A stretch of DNA of 62,961 nucleotides, counting the filler, from Rhabdomonas costata (lineage: Eukaryota), in NCBI GenBank assembly GCA_019059605.1. It is 32 parts of 32 records of this genome, joined end to end, with 100 filler letters (N's around TTAATTAATTAA, not from the genome) between each part and the next. Parts side by side here need not be neighbours in the genome. Positions count along the whole stretch, not along the records: positions 39,432 to 41,301 come from JAHMHO010007955.1; positions 41,402 to 43,272 come from JAHMHO010007956.1; positions 43,373 to 45,242 come from JAHMHO010007957.1; positions 45,343 to 47,213 come from JAHMHO010007958.1; positions 47,314 to 49,179 come from JAHMHO010007959.1; positions 49,280 to 51,149 come from JAHMHO010007960.1; positions 51,250 to 53,118 come from JAHMHO010007961.1; 25 more parts are not named here. One strand, 5' to 3'. Of this stretch, positions 39,332 through 51,296 are shown piece after piece; position 1 is the first letter of the stretch, and each line of letters starts with the position of its first letter. A model generated the notes under the pieces. The model ran no database searches. It worked only from the letters and a program-made list of their open reading frames with translations, and was not told the origin of the DNA. The position numbers and the translations under genes were made by a program.

Positions 39332-39804
39332 NNNNNNNNNNNNNNNNNNNNNNNNNNNNNNNNNNNNNNNNNNNNTTAATTAATTAANNNNNNNNNNNNN
39401 NNNNNNNNNNNNNNNNNNNNNNNNNNNNNNNGTTGGTAGCCCTTCACTAATAGTCGTGCTAGTGAAGCACTACCAATCCTCTCCCGTTACAAATCCTGTG
39501 AAATGCTGGGGTTCCATCAATTGGCTTACGCGAATTTGGCTCTTGTTGATGCCTTTTCAACGACAATTCGAAACCGCGCAATGAAAGTGACAGTTTCACC
39601 GTTCAAAGAGCGAGTCAACGATTCAAAGACGAAACTCGTGCTGACTCGTACGCCATACTCGAAAGAGGACAAGGTGTGTGAATAGAAAGTCCGAATCGAC
39701 TTTCCCGAGCCCCAAATGAGAGACGATCACGCCGAAACCGATTCCTCACCAGCCCACCAGCAGGCGGCCCATAACACCAACTCACCCTTAGCACCGCAAC
39801 GTAC

Positions 39805-40931
39805 CGAGAAAGAGAGGTCCAGCTCAGTCAGGGAGGGAAAGGACCGCCGCAGCTCCTCGAGGTCGCCGGAGGTCTCGACCCCCTCGTGGCTGACCGAGAT
39901 GCTGCGAAGGTCCTGCAGGTTGCTGAACTTGGCTTGAGCCTTCTCCATCCCCACCATTTCCACCGCCTTCCCCGAAACCCTGGGTCCAAAGGGGGGACGA
40001 AACTGTTCATGCATTTGACGGATTGATTGGACACGGACCAAGTCCCCTTTCCCGCAGAGAAGTTCTAAGTTGTGTGCTGGGCCGTTTGCGCGGGGCCTAA
40101 GGAATAAAGATGAACAGATCTGTTGCAAAAAGCCGGGGGCTTGCTTCCAGTGAAGCGTAGTGTCAGCTGCGACAGGAACAAAAAGGGCACACGGACGTTC
40201 GCTTAAATTTAATTCCCTGTCGCCCCGGGGTCAAGTGTGAACGCATAAGAGCCAGCGCGACACATAATCTGTGAATAGCCTACGATTAGCCAACAACTGC
40301 CCCGGTCTGGTTGCCAACCAAAAACTAAAAAAGTGACAAGTTGGTCGGAGTCGAGCAGAAGAAGGCAAAAATGAAAAAAGAAAGGATGACCCAATCGGAG
40401 CGTGTGCGAGATGAAGGAAGAGAAAGCAAGAGAGAGCAACAAAGAAGTGGGCCGGATAGTGGCGACGGCAAAAGGTTGGACATCAAGTGAATAGGGAAGG
40501 ATTCCGAAGCGATGTTTGAGGTTGAGAACGTTGGTACAAGTGGCGGCGCGTGTCAATAAACGTCCTAAAGATAGGAATTGGTGCGCGGGTTTTTGGAATC
40601 GATCGCTCGGTCGCAGTCGATCACTGAAATCGGAGTGCCAGCAGTAAATACAACGCCGCTCACACTCAATGCCCTCGTTGAACTGCAAACAAGGAAATAC
40701 ACATCCGATGCTCGGATATAACCGCTTTCGCAACGGTTTACAGTATGCAGGGACCCGCCACAAAAGGATTGCAAGGAGAGGGGATTCCAAGAGTTTGCAG
40801 TCCCATTAACTGCGAATGGGTCTGTGTGCGCTGAGCGTGAGTTCGATTTTATCTCCGCTAAACAGTTACCTTAGGCTCTTGTTGGCGCCCTCTTCCAGGT
40901 ACTTCAGCTGAAACACCCGCATGAACGTCTT
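39805..40931 (-). CDS. TBCE: Tubulin-folding cofactor E, internal exons about 40931-40870 and 39979-39805
   Basis: KTFMRVFQLKYLEEGANKSLR|VSGKAVEMVGMEKAQAKFSNLQDLRSISVS...FPSLTELDLS matches the post-CAP-Gly linker and first LRR of TBCE/Pac2; junction in phase. Confidence 0.75.
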
Positions 40932-42188
40932 CTCAGAAGAGGAGCTTGCCGTTTCAGCCATCGAAAAGTCACGAAAACCCTTGGAACGACAAAATACAAG
41001 TCCTCTGTACTGAAGGACAATACCAGCTACTATGATATACATTGATCGCAAGACGTTAATCAACTAACTAACGAAGTCAAAAACGAGCGGATACCGCAGG
41101 CAGCAGCATCGTCTTTCATAAAAAAACTGACCTTCGATTGAAAAGTCGCTTGCAAATGGATACGTATGCAGTAGCAAACAGTTAACAACATACATGGAGG
41201 AAAAAAACTGTCCAATCTGGGAGCGACAGAAGCAATCTCTGCGAGAAAAAAAAGGGTGATAATTTCAGAATTGGGTAACAATTCCTGAATTAACCACCCC
41301 CNNNNNNNNNNNNNNNNNNNNNNNNNNNNNNNNNNNNNNNNNNNNTTAATTAATTAANNNNNNNNNNNNNNNNNNNNNNNNNNNNNNNNNNNNNNNNNNN
41401 NTGGGTGTGGGGGGGGGGGTAACGTACTACATCCGAAGGTCAACGGTTTGCCCATATATACCAAATGGCGAGGTACGAAATTAGAACAGTGGTCTTCCCG
41501 CACCTTTCCTCGGCGTTTTACTGATTATATTGGTTGATTTCAACCTTTTTTGTTTGTCCACGGAGAGGCCGGAGCGGTCCAACGGTCCTTGAGCTTTTCC
41601 CAAGCGGCTCGATTCAGCCGGTGGTGTTTCCCGTTGTTTTCTAAAGCTCGGCTTCGGCTGGGATATTCTTAGCAACACACCTGCCAATCAATTCAGGAAA
41701 TCCGTCCTTTTCAAACCCTAACCTAATAATTTAAATTCCTCCTGCAACCGTTGCATTTGGCTGCTTTTTTTTTCACTCCCAACAAGAAAAGCGGGCACTG
41801 TTTCACGGAAGAGCTGTGCACCACTGGAGGTCAACGCATGCCTAAGCCCCAGAAAAGTTAAGCGAAAAATAATGAAGACGAGGCTCAAGACGCATGGTGT
41901 TCTCCGCTGTTCCAATACGAGTAACGACAGTGATGCTGGAAGGAATGAGAGGGGGCAGAGGTGGTGGGGCGAGGGCCGACTTGCATGCTCAACGCGGACT
42001 CCTCACTGAGGAACCTGTGGCAGTGGTCAATGACCTCCCACAGGCGGTGTGGGTGCAACATCGATCACCCCAACACAGGTAAAAAGAAAATGGGCAAAAT
42101 GTCGCCATTTCTTTGTTGGTTCTTTTCAGATTGCACGAAGAAATGGCACACCCAACAGGAAAGAAGAAGACCGAAGAAGACGGACGCT

Positions 42189-42215
42189 CACACACACACA
42201 CACACACACACACAC
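42189..42215. repeat. (CA)n microsatellite
   Basis: Perfect CA run. Confidence 0.95.
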
Positions 42216-44021
42216 TGATCCATTGTTTTGCAGAATCTGCATGGTCTGCAAGATCCACAAAAGGGAAACGACCACAGCACAGACCCTCGATGGATGCACA
42301 AACTGAGTGCAGAGACACGAGGGGGGGGGGCTCCGTTTTATCGTTTTTTTAAACCGAAGACACACGGCAAAGGACACGACAAGAAAGCAAGAGACGCGAA
42401 ATCACCACCACGCGATGCTGATGGCATTGCGTGGCTGTCCGTTGTGCGTAAAATTAAACAGGTGCCAGGAAATGCCTGATGCGTCCACCTCGGGCACTAC
42501 ACCTCCTCCTTTGCAACACTTCGCTCCCCTGCCCTTCGAAAGCCTCCAGCTCTTCTGCCACAAAGGAAGTGCAGCGGAGGCGACAGCTCTCTGCGGTGAC
42601 ATCACCGAACAGTGGAACCCCCGGACGGCCCATCCACATTCCATGTCATCGTGGAGGAGTGACAAAGAAAGGGAAAGCGATGAACTTTCACAGGCACAAG
42701 AGAGCTGCCCGTAGTCACTTCACCCACCACCTTCCCCGAGCCCGTAATGGAGTTGCTACAGGCGGAACACTTGAAACATCATGACTGCCGTCTGAAGTCT
42801 CCTCATTCGCTCCACCAGCAGAGCAGTTTTTTCATGATAACCATTATTCTCAAAAACAATGGGAACAGAATGCAGATCACAACTTCACAAACATCCCAAC
42901 CGCAACATCTCATAGGCCCATTGGGGCTGTGGCCAGCATTTGACCTGAACCGATGACGTTTGTTCGGAGAAGAAGAAATAACAAGTCAGAATAAGTTGCA
43001 ACCGAAAACAGCACAGGAATAGCGACGAACCCACTATAGTAGCAGGGAAACTGGACAGTCATCTTTGAGAACCCTCCGGATGTCGGCATTTAAAAATAAT
43101 AATAAATAAAAAAATAAAAAAATAAAAAATAATAATACAATATACGTCTCTGGTATCGAGCTTTACATGATTCAAATCAATTGCCCCTTTTCGAACTAAT
43201 ATGGATTAACCACTTGTCAACATCGGACGAATACGAGTCAGACGGAGAGATGAATTTTCCTCCCCCCCACCCNNNNNNNNNNNNNNNNNNNNNNNNNNNN
43301 NNNNNNNNNNNNNNNNTTAATTAATTAANNNNNNNNNNNNNNNNNNNNNNNNNNNNNNNNNNNNNNNNNNNNGTTGTGTGGGTGTCAGTGCGGGTTCAGC
43401 TTCGGGCGAGACGCTTTTGGATCCCTTGGAGTCTGAGTAATATCTGGAAGATGTTGACGCCCAAAGCATTTATTTGGGCGATGCTGTGTCGTAGTAAATG
43501 CACACATGTTTTGGGTACATAAGGGCACTTTATCCGCCACAACTTGTCCGTGTCACCTCACAAGTCTCAACTCACAATAGTGTGCGCTAAATCGGGCGTT
43601 TTCGGACTTGGAAGCTAATACGTATGGCGAACTGGGTTCTCGCTACATGTCGGTAGGGCATGGTTTACAAACACTCCTTTGATCCTGTGTTCTTTTGTGT
43701 GTCCTTTTCTCTTGCTTATGAGGTGATGCCGGCCATCGGTATTGGGACATATTTGGCGGACAAGGTTCCTGGACTTCGGTTTTTAGGGTCGTTGCTGTTG
43801 AGACCATCCAGGGCAGCCCAAACTAAAAGTTCAATGTGACCCCGAAAGCTCAATTAGATTCAATCTCACCGTGTTCAAAGTTCAGTGTATTTCTTTTTTT
43901 TGGGGGGGGGGCTGGTCAAAATTTCTCAAAGTACAATTCAGTGTCAGCCAAGAGTTTTGAAATCCCCAAAACCCGCAAAGTTCAAGCCTGGACAAGCGCA
44001 CCACCACTGGTGTGCATTTAG

Positions 44022-45030
44022 GTCAAGATTACGGTGCAGAAGGAGATCTTTGCGGGGGCAGTGGTGCAGCAGTGCGCCGTGGTGGAGTTCGTGGTGAGCT
44101 GGCAGCTGTGCGACGCGTGCACGCGGCTGAATACAGGGCAGGACCAGTGGATCGCCGTCGTGCAGGCTCGGCAAAGGGTGGCGCACAAGAAGACCTTCCT
44201 GTACCTCGAGCAGGTCATCCTGAAGAACTCCATGCACTTGAACTGCTCCAAGGTGGTGGAAGTCCCTGACGGGCTGGACTTCTTCTACGCCCATAAGGGC
44301 CATGCTGTGGTGTTTGTCTGCTTGAGTTCGCCCCTTCGGAGCCTTTTCAGCGAAACAGTTGTTCGGGGGGTTTCGGGGTTTTCGGACCTGCTTGGCCGGC
44401 CTTTGTATTCTTTTTTGTCATTTTATTTCCCAGTGCATGCCTTCAAGCCTCAAGACTCAAGGCTCGGAACACACATCTAACTGTGTCCCATTACCTCTTT
44501 CAGCGTCATTGGATGTTTCTTCCTTTTTGTCAACCACTACGGTGCCATTCGTGAGATGGAACACAGAAACGCCTTTATTTTGCATTCGCTATGAAAAATG
44601 TAAAAGAAAAACATACCAAAATTGTTGCAATTGTTCCTGGGAGCAGTCTCTTGACTTGGGACTGAAAACCTGGTCTTTCTTACAATCACACGCACGCACA
44701 GTCCACATACCTCTCTCTCTGGGGCTGACAGGGTATGATAGACTTCCTGGGCAGTGTGGCACCCATCACCACGAAGATGAGCGAGGAGCTCATCTCCTCC
44801 GACCCCAAGAATAACGTGGCCCAGATCCACTACACCTACGCCGTGGAGCTGGCCCATGTCTGCCGCGAGGATCTGGTGTGCCTACCGCCGAAGTTTCACC
44901 AGGCCATGGGTGGCCTGGGCCCCATCACGGTGTGCCTAAAGATCAATACCAACGTCGTCGTGGTGGACCCCAGCACCCTCCGCGTGGGCGCGATCCCCGG
45001 GCACCTGTACTGGAAGTCCCCATTCGACAG
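44022..45030 (+). CDS. NMD3: 60S export adaptor NMD3, internal exons 44022-44309 and 44732-45030
   Basis: VKITVQKEI..VEFVV..QLCDAC..WIAVVQARQRVAHKKTFLYLEQVILK..DGLDFFYAHKGHAV|GMIDFLGSVAPI..SEELISSD..YTYAVEL..VCREDLVCLP..YWKSPF; GT-AG junction in phase. Confidence 0.97.
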
Positions 45031-45359
45031 GTGCCTTCTGGGGCGGCTTTCCTCGTTGCTTGACCACCGTGCGGAGGGTCGTGTTCTCAGCGTGCTCAGC
45101 CATCAACTTTTTCATTCCTAGGTGTTTCCTATCATTGTTTCCATGTTTCTTCGTGGTGTGAGCAGTTCTCAAGGTCCATTATATATTATTCAGTGTCCGC
45201 TAATTAATATATAATGGACCTTGAGAACTGCTCAAACCACAANNNNNNNNNNNNNNNNNNNNNNNNNNNNNNNNNNNNNNNNNNNNTTAATTAATTAANN
45301 NNNNNNNNNNNNNNNNNNNNNNNNNNNNNNNNNNNNNNNNNNCCCCATCCATTTTCAAA

Positions 45360-45818
45360 AAGTGCATTTATGCCCCCCCTCCACTAGTAGGGTGGGTCCA
45401 TCCTGCTTGGGCTGTGAACATGTGCTTGTATGCCCCTTCCTGAAATGGCAGGGGGTTAGGAGGCGATGCACGTGTGCCCCTGGGATTGTAACAGAAGCTT
45501 TTGCAGGGGGTTAGGAGGCGATGCTCGTGTGCCCCTGGGATTGTAACAGAAGCTTTTGCAGGGGGTTAGGAGGCGATGCTCGTGTGCCCCTTAGGATTCT
45601 TACATGGTAATTTGCAGGTGATTAGGTGGCGATGCTCGTGTGCCCTGGGGTTCTATAGAGGAATTTGCAGGGGGGCGATGCGCTTGCTCCCTGGGACCCA
45701 AGATCTCTTGGGCATTTCCGCTTCGCTCCGCGGCCCAAGAATCCCAATTGCTTTCATTTGTTGGACAAGCATGCGCGGGTTAAAGCGGGCTGAGGGGGGT
45801 GGGGGCATAAATGCACTT
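45360..45818. mobile_element. Putative non-autonomous TIR element (MITE-like) with an internal 55-bp tandem array
   Basis: 18-bp perfect inverted repeat AAGTGCATTTATGCCCCC (45360-45377 / 45801-45818) enclosing the array; no target-site duplication seen. Confidence 0.6.
45448..45700 (+). repeat. 55-bp minisatellite, about 4.5 copies
   Basis: GCAGGGGGTTAGGAGGCGATGCTCGTGTGCCCCTGGGATTGTAACAGAAGCTTTT starting at 45448, 45503 and 45558, with decayed copies at 45614 and 45667. Confidence 0.95.
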
Positions 45819-47318
45819 ATGGCCGCATGAATTCCCACGTCAGCAGGCATTTCAGTGGAGTCTGGATATCTTCGTGGGAACCGCGAGTTGACGGTGACTT
45901 TCACTCGAGGTCACATAAACGCCCACAGGCCACCCAGCCTCATCAAATGGAAAGATTATGGAAAGGGACGGGCGAATATTCAAACCAAAAACGTCACGAG
46001 TCTAACACAAAGCTTGGCAAGTGGAATGGAACGCACGTGGACGTATCCTCGCGAGTACAGTAGCCGGGTCTCAATATTGTCCTCCAATCGCCCACTCTGC
46101 CAGCGCACGCCGCACCACGTCTGAATGCCGACAATCCAAGCCACCTGGAGAGAACGCAAACCAAACGAAGACGCCCCACTCATTACCATACACTCGCACT
46201 GCCAAAGAGCAGAAAGAACAGATGGAGTGGAACACCAAAACACACAAAGCTTCACACAGCATCTCAGAAAACCACACGTACGCACTAATGGCTGACTGTT
46301 TCTTTTCTGAACCTCTCCTGGGCCCCCTCCTTGGGGAAAGGTGCACCCTGTCCTGGAACACAAACCCGTAAGAAGCCAGAAGAACGTTAACAGACCTGGG
46401 GGGGATCAACCAAGGGCTGAGCTGCGGTGCTGTACAGGGCAAGCCGCGCCTCCGCGCAGGACTCCTGCTCAGGCCCGTGGAGGCGCCGACGGTGTGCCGC
46501 AGCTGCAGAAAGCCCAAAGGTACGAAACACAGGCCCGAACCTTCGTACCACGCCCAGGCCCGAGTGGGGTGTGCCGAGGTCCACGAGCGAGTTGCCAAGG
46601 CCGCACCCGCGGCCACCGCCCACCACCACGACCTCTGCGAGGCGATGGACAGAGTACCAGAACCCCGTGAACACCTGCGATTACCACAGCACGCACATAT
46701 ACACACACACGTCCAAAGTGACGGGGTCTTGAAAAGTAGTGAGCGTGTGGGGGAGGGGGTACCCAAAGACCCCAAAATTAATAAGTGACCTTGGAACGCT
46801 CCGCGGCCCCAGACATCCTGCAATCATCCGCTTCCAGCATACACTTAAGAAAAACAGGCGAACCCGGTTATGGTGGTACCACACGTACTTTTTTACAAGA
46901 GCCAAGTGGCTGGCGTATTTCAGGTTAACCATCATATTCTTAGAGCTATTCGATGAGAGACATTTGAAGAACCTCGCAAGGATCGCACCAGAAGCAACCA
47001 GCGCTACATTTGCATTTCGCGGTGTCCAAAATTATGTTATGGAAGAGCATTGACGGCACAACATTAGAACAATCCCAAATGAGAGTCATGTGCAGGAAAG
47101 ACGTTTGTTAATGCAATCGCAACTCTCACAGAGACAAGTGCCATTTAATACAGAAGTGCCCAAGCTGAAACTGCGACAGACCCAAGTCAAACTCAACACA
47201 GGTCCACACCACCNNNNNNNNNNNNNNNNNNNNNNNNNNNNNNNNNNNNNNNNNNNNTTAATTAATTAANNNNNNNNNNNNNNNNNNNNNNNNNNNNNNN
47301 NNNNNNNNNNNNNGGTTT

Positions 47319-49179
47319 TTTGTAACTTTGTGACATTTTCCGGTGAAAAAGCTCTTCTTCTTTGCGACATAGTTTCGCTCTAGTTTGCTCCATTTTTGTG
47401 AGCAGCATTGTCTTTGCAGACCTTGCTGCTTGCTTCCCGGCTATAGTGCTGTGGACCCTGTGATAAAGGGAAGTAGAGCAAATAAAAAAAAGCGCAGATG
47501 CAGAGCATAGAACATAGACAGAAGAAAAACTGCACCTACAGTTTTTCATACAGCATTACATCTTTATCCTTTATTTATTCTCAGATCATCCATCATCACC
47601 GATCAATTATGCAGTAAACAGTTGTAGTACCATTGGTGCACATTGCTTTCGAACCATCGCTGGTGGGTACATCCCCAATGCGAATGTTCCCCGAAAAGCA
47701 CATCAGAAAACCAGAAGCGAGCACAACAAAATACCAAAACAAACAAAACCCCGAAGAATACTCACTTCTGAAAACTCCAAAACCCACTCACACCTCCGAA
47801 GACGAACTCGGCTGAACCGGAAAACCTCCGGTAGCTTCAGAACCGTCACATTCCGCCGCTTCAGGTGTTGAAAGTACAGCTGCTCCACATACGAGTCGTG
47901 GGGCATGCTCCAAGCAATAGCTGAGCCATGCTCACAAAGGTCGGCGTAAAGTTCCGTGTAGGCCTGAACAACCTCTCCGTTGCCAAGCGCGAACCGGTCA
48001 TTGTAGCCTCGGTAGTGCAAGAAGTCGGGGATGTACAGCGCCTTGGGGTCCAGCTGGGCCAGAACCGGCAAGTCCCACACAAAAACAACGTCCATCCGAA
48101 GCACAATCACCCAGTCAAACCGAATCCCATGCCGCCTCTCGAACTCTCGCCGCATCTTGTCCACACGGCGGCGGTACATCAGCTGCGAAAGCAGCTCCCG
48201 GGAGTACCCGAACTTCATCGACCCCTGAGTGGCGGCATACTTGGAGATCTGGTCGCGGGAGAAGCGGCTCTGGAAAGCCTGTATACAAAGCCTGCTAGGC
48301 ATAGGGCGAGCGATGACGGTCTTATGTGGCACAGAGTTTGTGAGATCGAAGAGCTTCACGGTATTCCAGTAGGGACTTTTCTCAGCGAGGACAAAGCTGT
48401 GAACCTCGTAGCCCTGCCGCCGAAGGGGAAGGATGACGTGCTTTTGGATGCTGCACACGCACCGAAAGAAGGTCCTGGGCTGGCCTGAGAATTCCAGCGC
48501 AACCCTTTTGACGTTTGGGTCCAGAGGCTCCAGATCTACCGGGGCTTCCGTATAGTTTCTGGCGACTTTCGGCGTAACTTTTGGTGTATAGACCGTCACC
48601 GGCACTGGCGCTGCTTCGGTGGACGGAACGGGATGCTTAAAGAGAGCAGAAGAGAGAAGCTCTGGAATCTTATAGCACAGCGCACACTCCACTGTGACGT
48701 TGACCGAGGTCGCCGTGCCCGTCTCCCGAATCACGGGCTGGACTATTTGAAGGCAGGCCTCGATCAGTGCTCGCGAGTAATTCAAGAAAACCGGGTTAAA
48801 CATCCCGAAATCCTGCGGAAGCCCAGACTTCCTGCACAAATCACGAGCAAACCCATGTGCAGTGATAAAAAAACAGAGATGCCTGGAACCCAAGCCAGTG
48901 GCATCGACCACTCAGAGCTTGCATTTCATCAGCAACAAACAACACTCAAAGCCAGGGTCCAATTTCATCGCGCACTGTTTTCTACTATGGTGATTGCCTG
49001 CATTGTGCGAATCAAAGAGAGCACCCACATTTTCCGAAGTACGAATGACAGAAAGTAAGAATACAGTAATCAGTGAGATGTAAGCTCATTTTCTTTGTCG
49101 TCTTTGTAACTTTGTGACATTTTCCGGTGAAAAAGCTCTTCTTCTTTGCGACATAGTTTCGCTCTAGTTTGCTCCATTT
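47319..49179. repeat. 77-bp direct terminal repeat (47319-47395 = 49103-49179): contig closes on itself with period 1,784 bp
   Basis: Exact 77-nt identity TTTGTAACTTTG...GCTCCATTT at both contig ends. Confidence 0.95.
47794..48803 (-). CDS. Putative glycosyltransferase-like protein (SGQxR / RxD / NDxFA family), long exon; likely last exon 47457-47319 continuing at 49102-49070
   Basis: VALEFSGQPRTF..SIQKHVI..FDWVIVLRMDVVF..LYIPDF..GYNDRFALGN..VEQLYFQHLKRRNV; donor at 47793 (phase 2) and acceptor at 47458 join in frame and read across the terminal repeat to TGA at 49072-49070. Confidence 0.7.
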
Positions 49180-50168
49180 NNNNNNNNNNNNNNNNNNNNN
49201 NNNNNNNNNNNNNNNNNNNNNNNTTAATTAATTAANNNNNNNNNNNNNNNNNNNNNNNNNNNNNNNNNNNNNNNNNNNNTTTTGTTGTGCCTGCCTCCGC
49301 CGCCCGAAGAGGAGCCCGGAGAGGACCAGGAGGGGGCCCTGCCCACAGCCGCGCCCTCAGCGCCTGTGAAGGCCTCCACGGTTACCACCGTGGACGCTGT
49401 CCGAGAGCTACACAGCGAGTTCTGGGGTGCCTTTCGGGAGCCCTGAGCGGCCGCCATTAAGGGTGCAGTCGCTGCAGCTGGAGGCTGAGCTCAGCCGGTG
49501 ATTATTGGACATGATCTGAACCGGTGTACGTGGGAGTGACCAACACTTCAGCTTTGTCGTTGGTCGAGTTGTAATAACCCAGTGTACGTTTTGAGACAGA
49601 CGTCGGAATGTACTCGATTCGATGATTTACGGGTGATCGGCTATGGACTAATCGGTCTCATCAGCCATCATTGTCGCTTCCAGGATTTCACTTGCCTCAC
49701 GGACAGAATTTCACCTTGGGGCATTCAGTTTCCCCCTGTCAAAATATCTTCGCTTGCCTGGGTGTGGCCTGTGGCCGTGCTTCAGCTGTAGCTGTAGCTG
49801 GTCTTGTTTTGAGCCCAGAGCTGGCTACATACTCACACATATTCACCATTCAAAATTTGCCGCAATGCGCGAATCAGAGCAGGATATGAGGACATCGGGA
49901 CTGATTTTCGTGTTGGTGTTATTTTTTTAACGCGAGCCCGTTCGCGTGCGGGGGGCATGTTGTTTTCGCCGACTTTCCCACTCATATTTCTGTATTTGAC
50001 GCATTGCTTCATCAATAAATGAATGGATGGATGGTTTTTCCTGCTTTTTCTCCCGAGAGGTGCGCTGCATTTCCGCAATATTTGTAGTTGTCTTTCCTTT
50101 CCAGTCTGCGCGCTTGTACCTGGTTTTTGTGAGGTCCGAGTGTTAGTGTGACTGTGAGCTGCAGTTGA

Positions 50169-50441
50169 ATGGAGCTTCGGGTTGGCAGTGTGCTCCGGTG
50201 GCTGAGCCATGCCCTGATGGCCGCCGCGGGAAACCTCTTGGGGCAGTATCTGGCCTACCTCCTGCTGCAGTACCTGTGGCATTGGTTTGCCCGGCGGGGC
50301 CGTGTGGAGGATGGCAGCAGCACAGAGCCCATCTTTCGCAGCCCCGAGGAGGCCGCTGCAGCGCTTGGTCTCTCTCCAAATGCCTATAGGGCGCCAGGGG
50401 ATCACATCCTCCTGCCCTACCGCGTTGGCGCGGGCGCGTGA
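50169..50441 (+). CDS. Small single-exon membrane protein (90 aa), hypothetical
   Basis: ATG 4 nt after ctgcag; GC3-rich; hydrophobic segment LMAAAGNLLGQYLAYLLLQYLWHWF followed by ARRGR. Confidence 0.6.
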   Translation: MELRVGSVLRWLSHALMAAAGNLLGQYLAYLLLQYLWHWFARRGRVEDGSSTEPIFRSPEEAAAALGLSPNAYRAPGDHILLPYRVGAGA

Positions 50442-51296
50442 CTCCGGTCCTTAAAACCTGGGTAGATTCCTACAACCACGCTAGCGTGCAGTGCCACCTC
50501 TTCAGTGGCCTGCAACTCCAACCCATCCCAGGACGTCCCATCTGTCGGCGGGCACTTTTTACAACAGCGCCATAGGACCCTCCTTGTGAGCACCCAGGCT
50601 ACGTGCATATATATGCATGTAGCCATGTATGCACGTCATATTATTAGATTAGGGGACAACTTTAAATCAACGCCCTCCTTCTTCTCTAAGCGTTTCTCTC
50701 CGTCTTTGCAATTGGGAACAAGACAACTGTCCGACTTAGGCCAATTAAAGATATTTGCGAGATGCCGTCAGGGTCCGCTTTCCACCCATTCCAAAGAGGG
50801 GCCAATGAGACCAGATTTCTTTGGGATGTTTTTGCTGGCAACTGGAAGTGGTTTCTGACCACCCAGCCTTAGTGTTTGTCTTGGAGAAAGACACGACGCC
50901 CACGATAGAATCTCCTCGTGATGTTTCATTCTCTAGACTCTTCTTTGGGCTCTTGCAGCGTAGTAAAAATCTCTTCGTTTCTCCCTCCCCATGACTTCTC
51001 ACACTCTCTCACTCTGTTGGAACCCCGCGGCACGGTTCGCCGAAGGCACCTCTCCCGTGGCCAACAGCGCGTGCGTTTCGTTCACCAACAGCCAATCATG
51101 CAACAGCCAGTGCAGTGCGCAACACACACCCACACAACTGTTCCCAACANNNNNNNNNNNNNNNNNNNNNNNNNNNNNNNNNNNNNNNNNNNNTTAATTA
51201 ATTAANNNNNNNNNNNNNNNNNNNNNNNNNNNNNNNNNNNNNNNNNNNNTTGTGGTTTTTTGAACATAGTGGTAGACAGGCTCATAATGTTGGCAG

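Noticed and set aside
45155..45242. Hairpin after NMD3 exon 2
   Set aside because: Terminal fold-back artefact.
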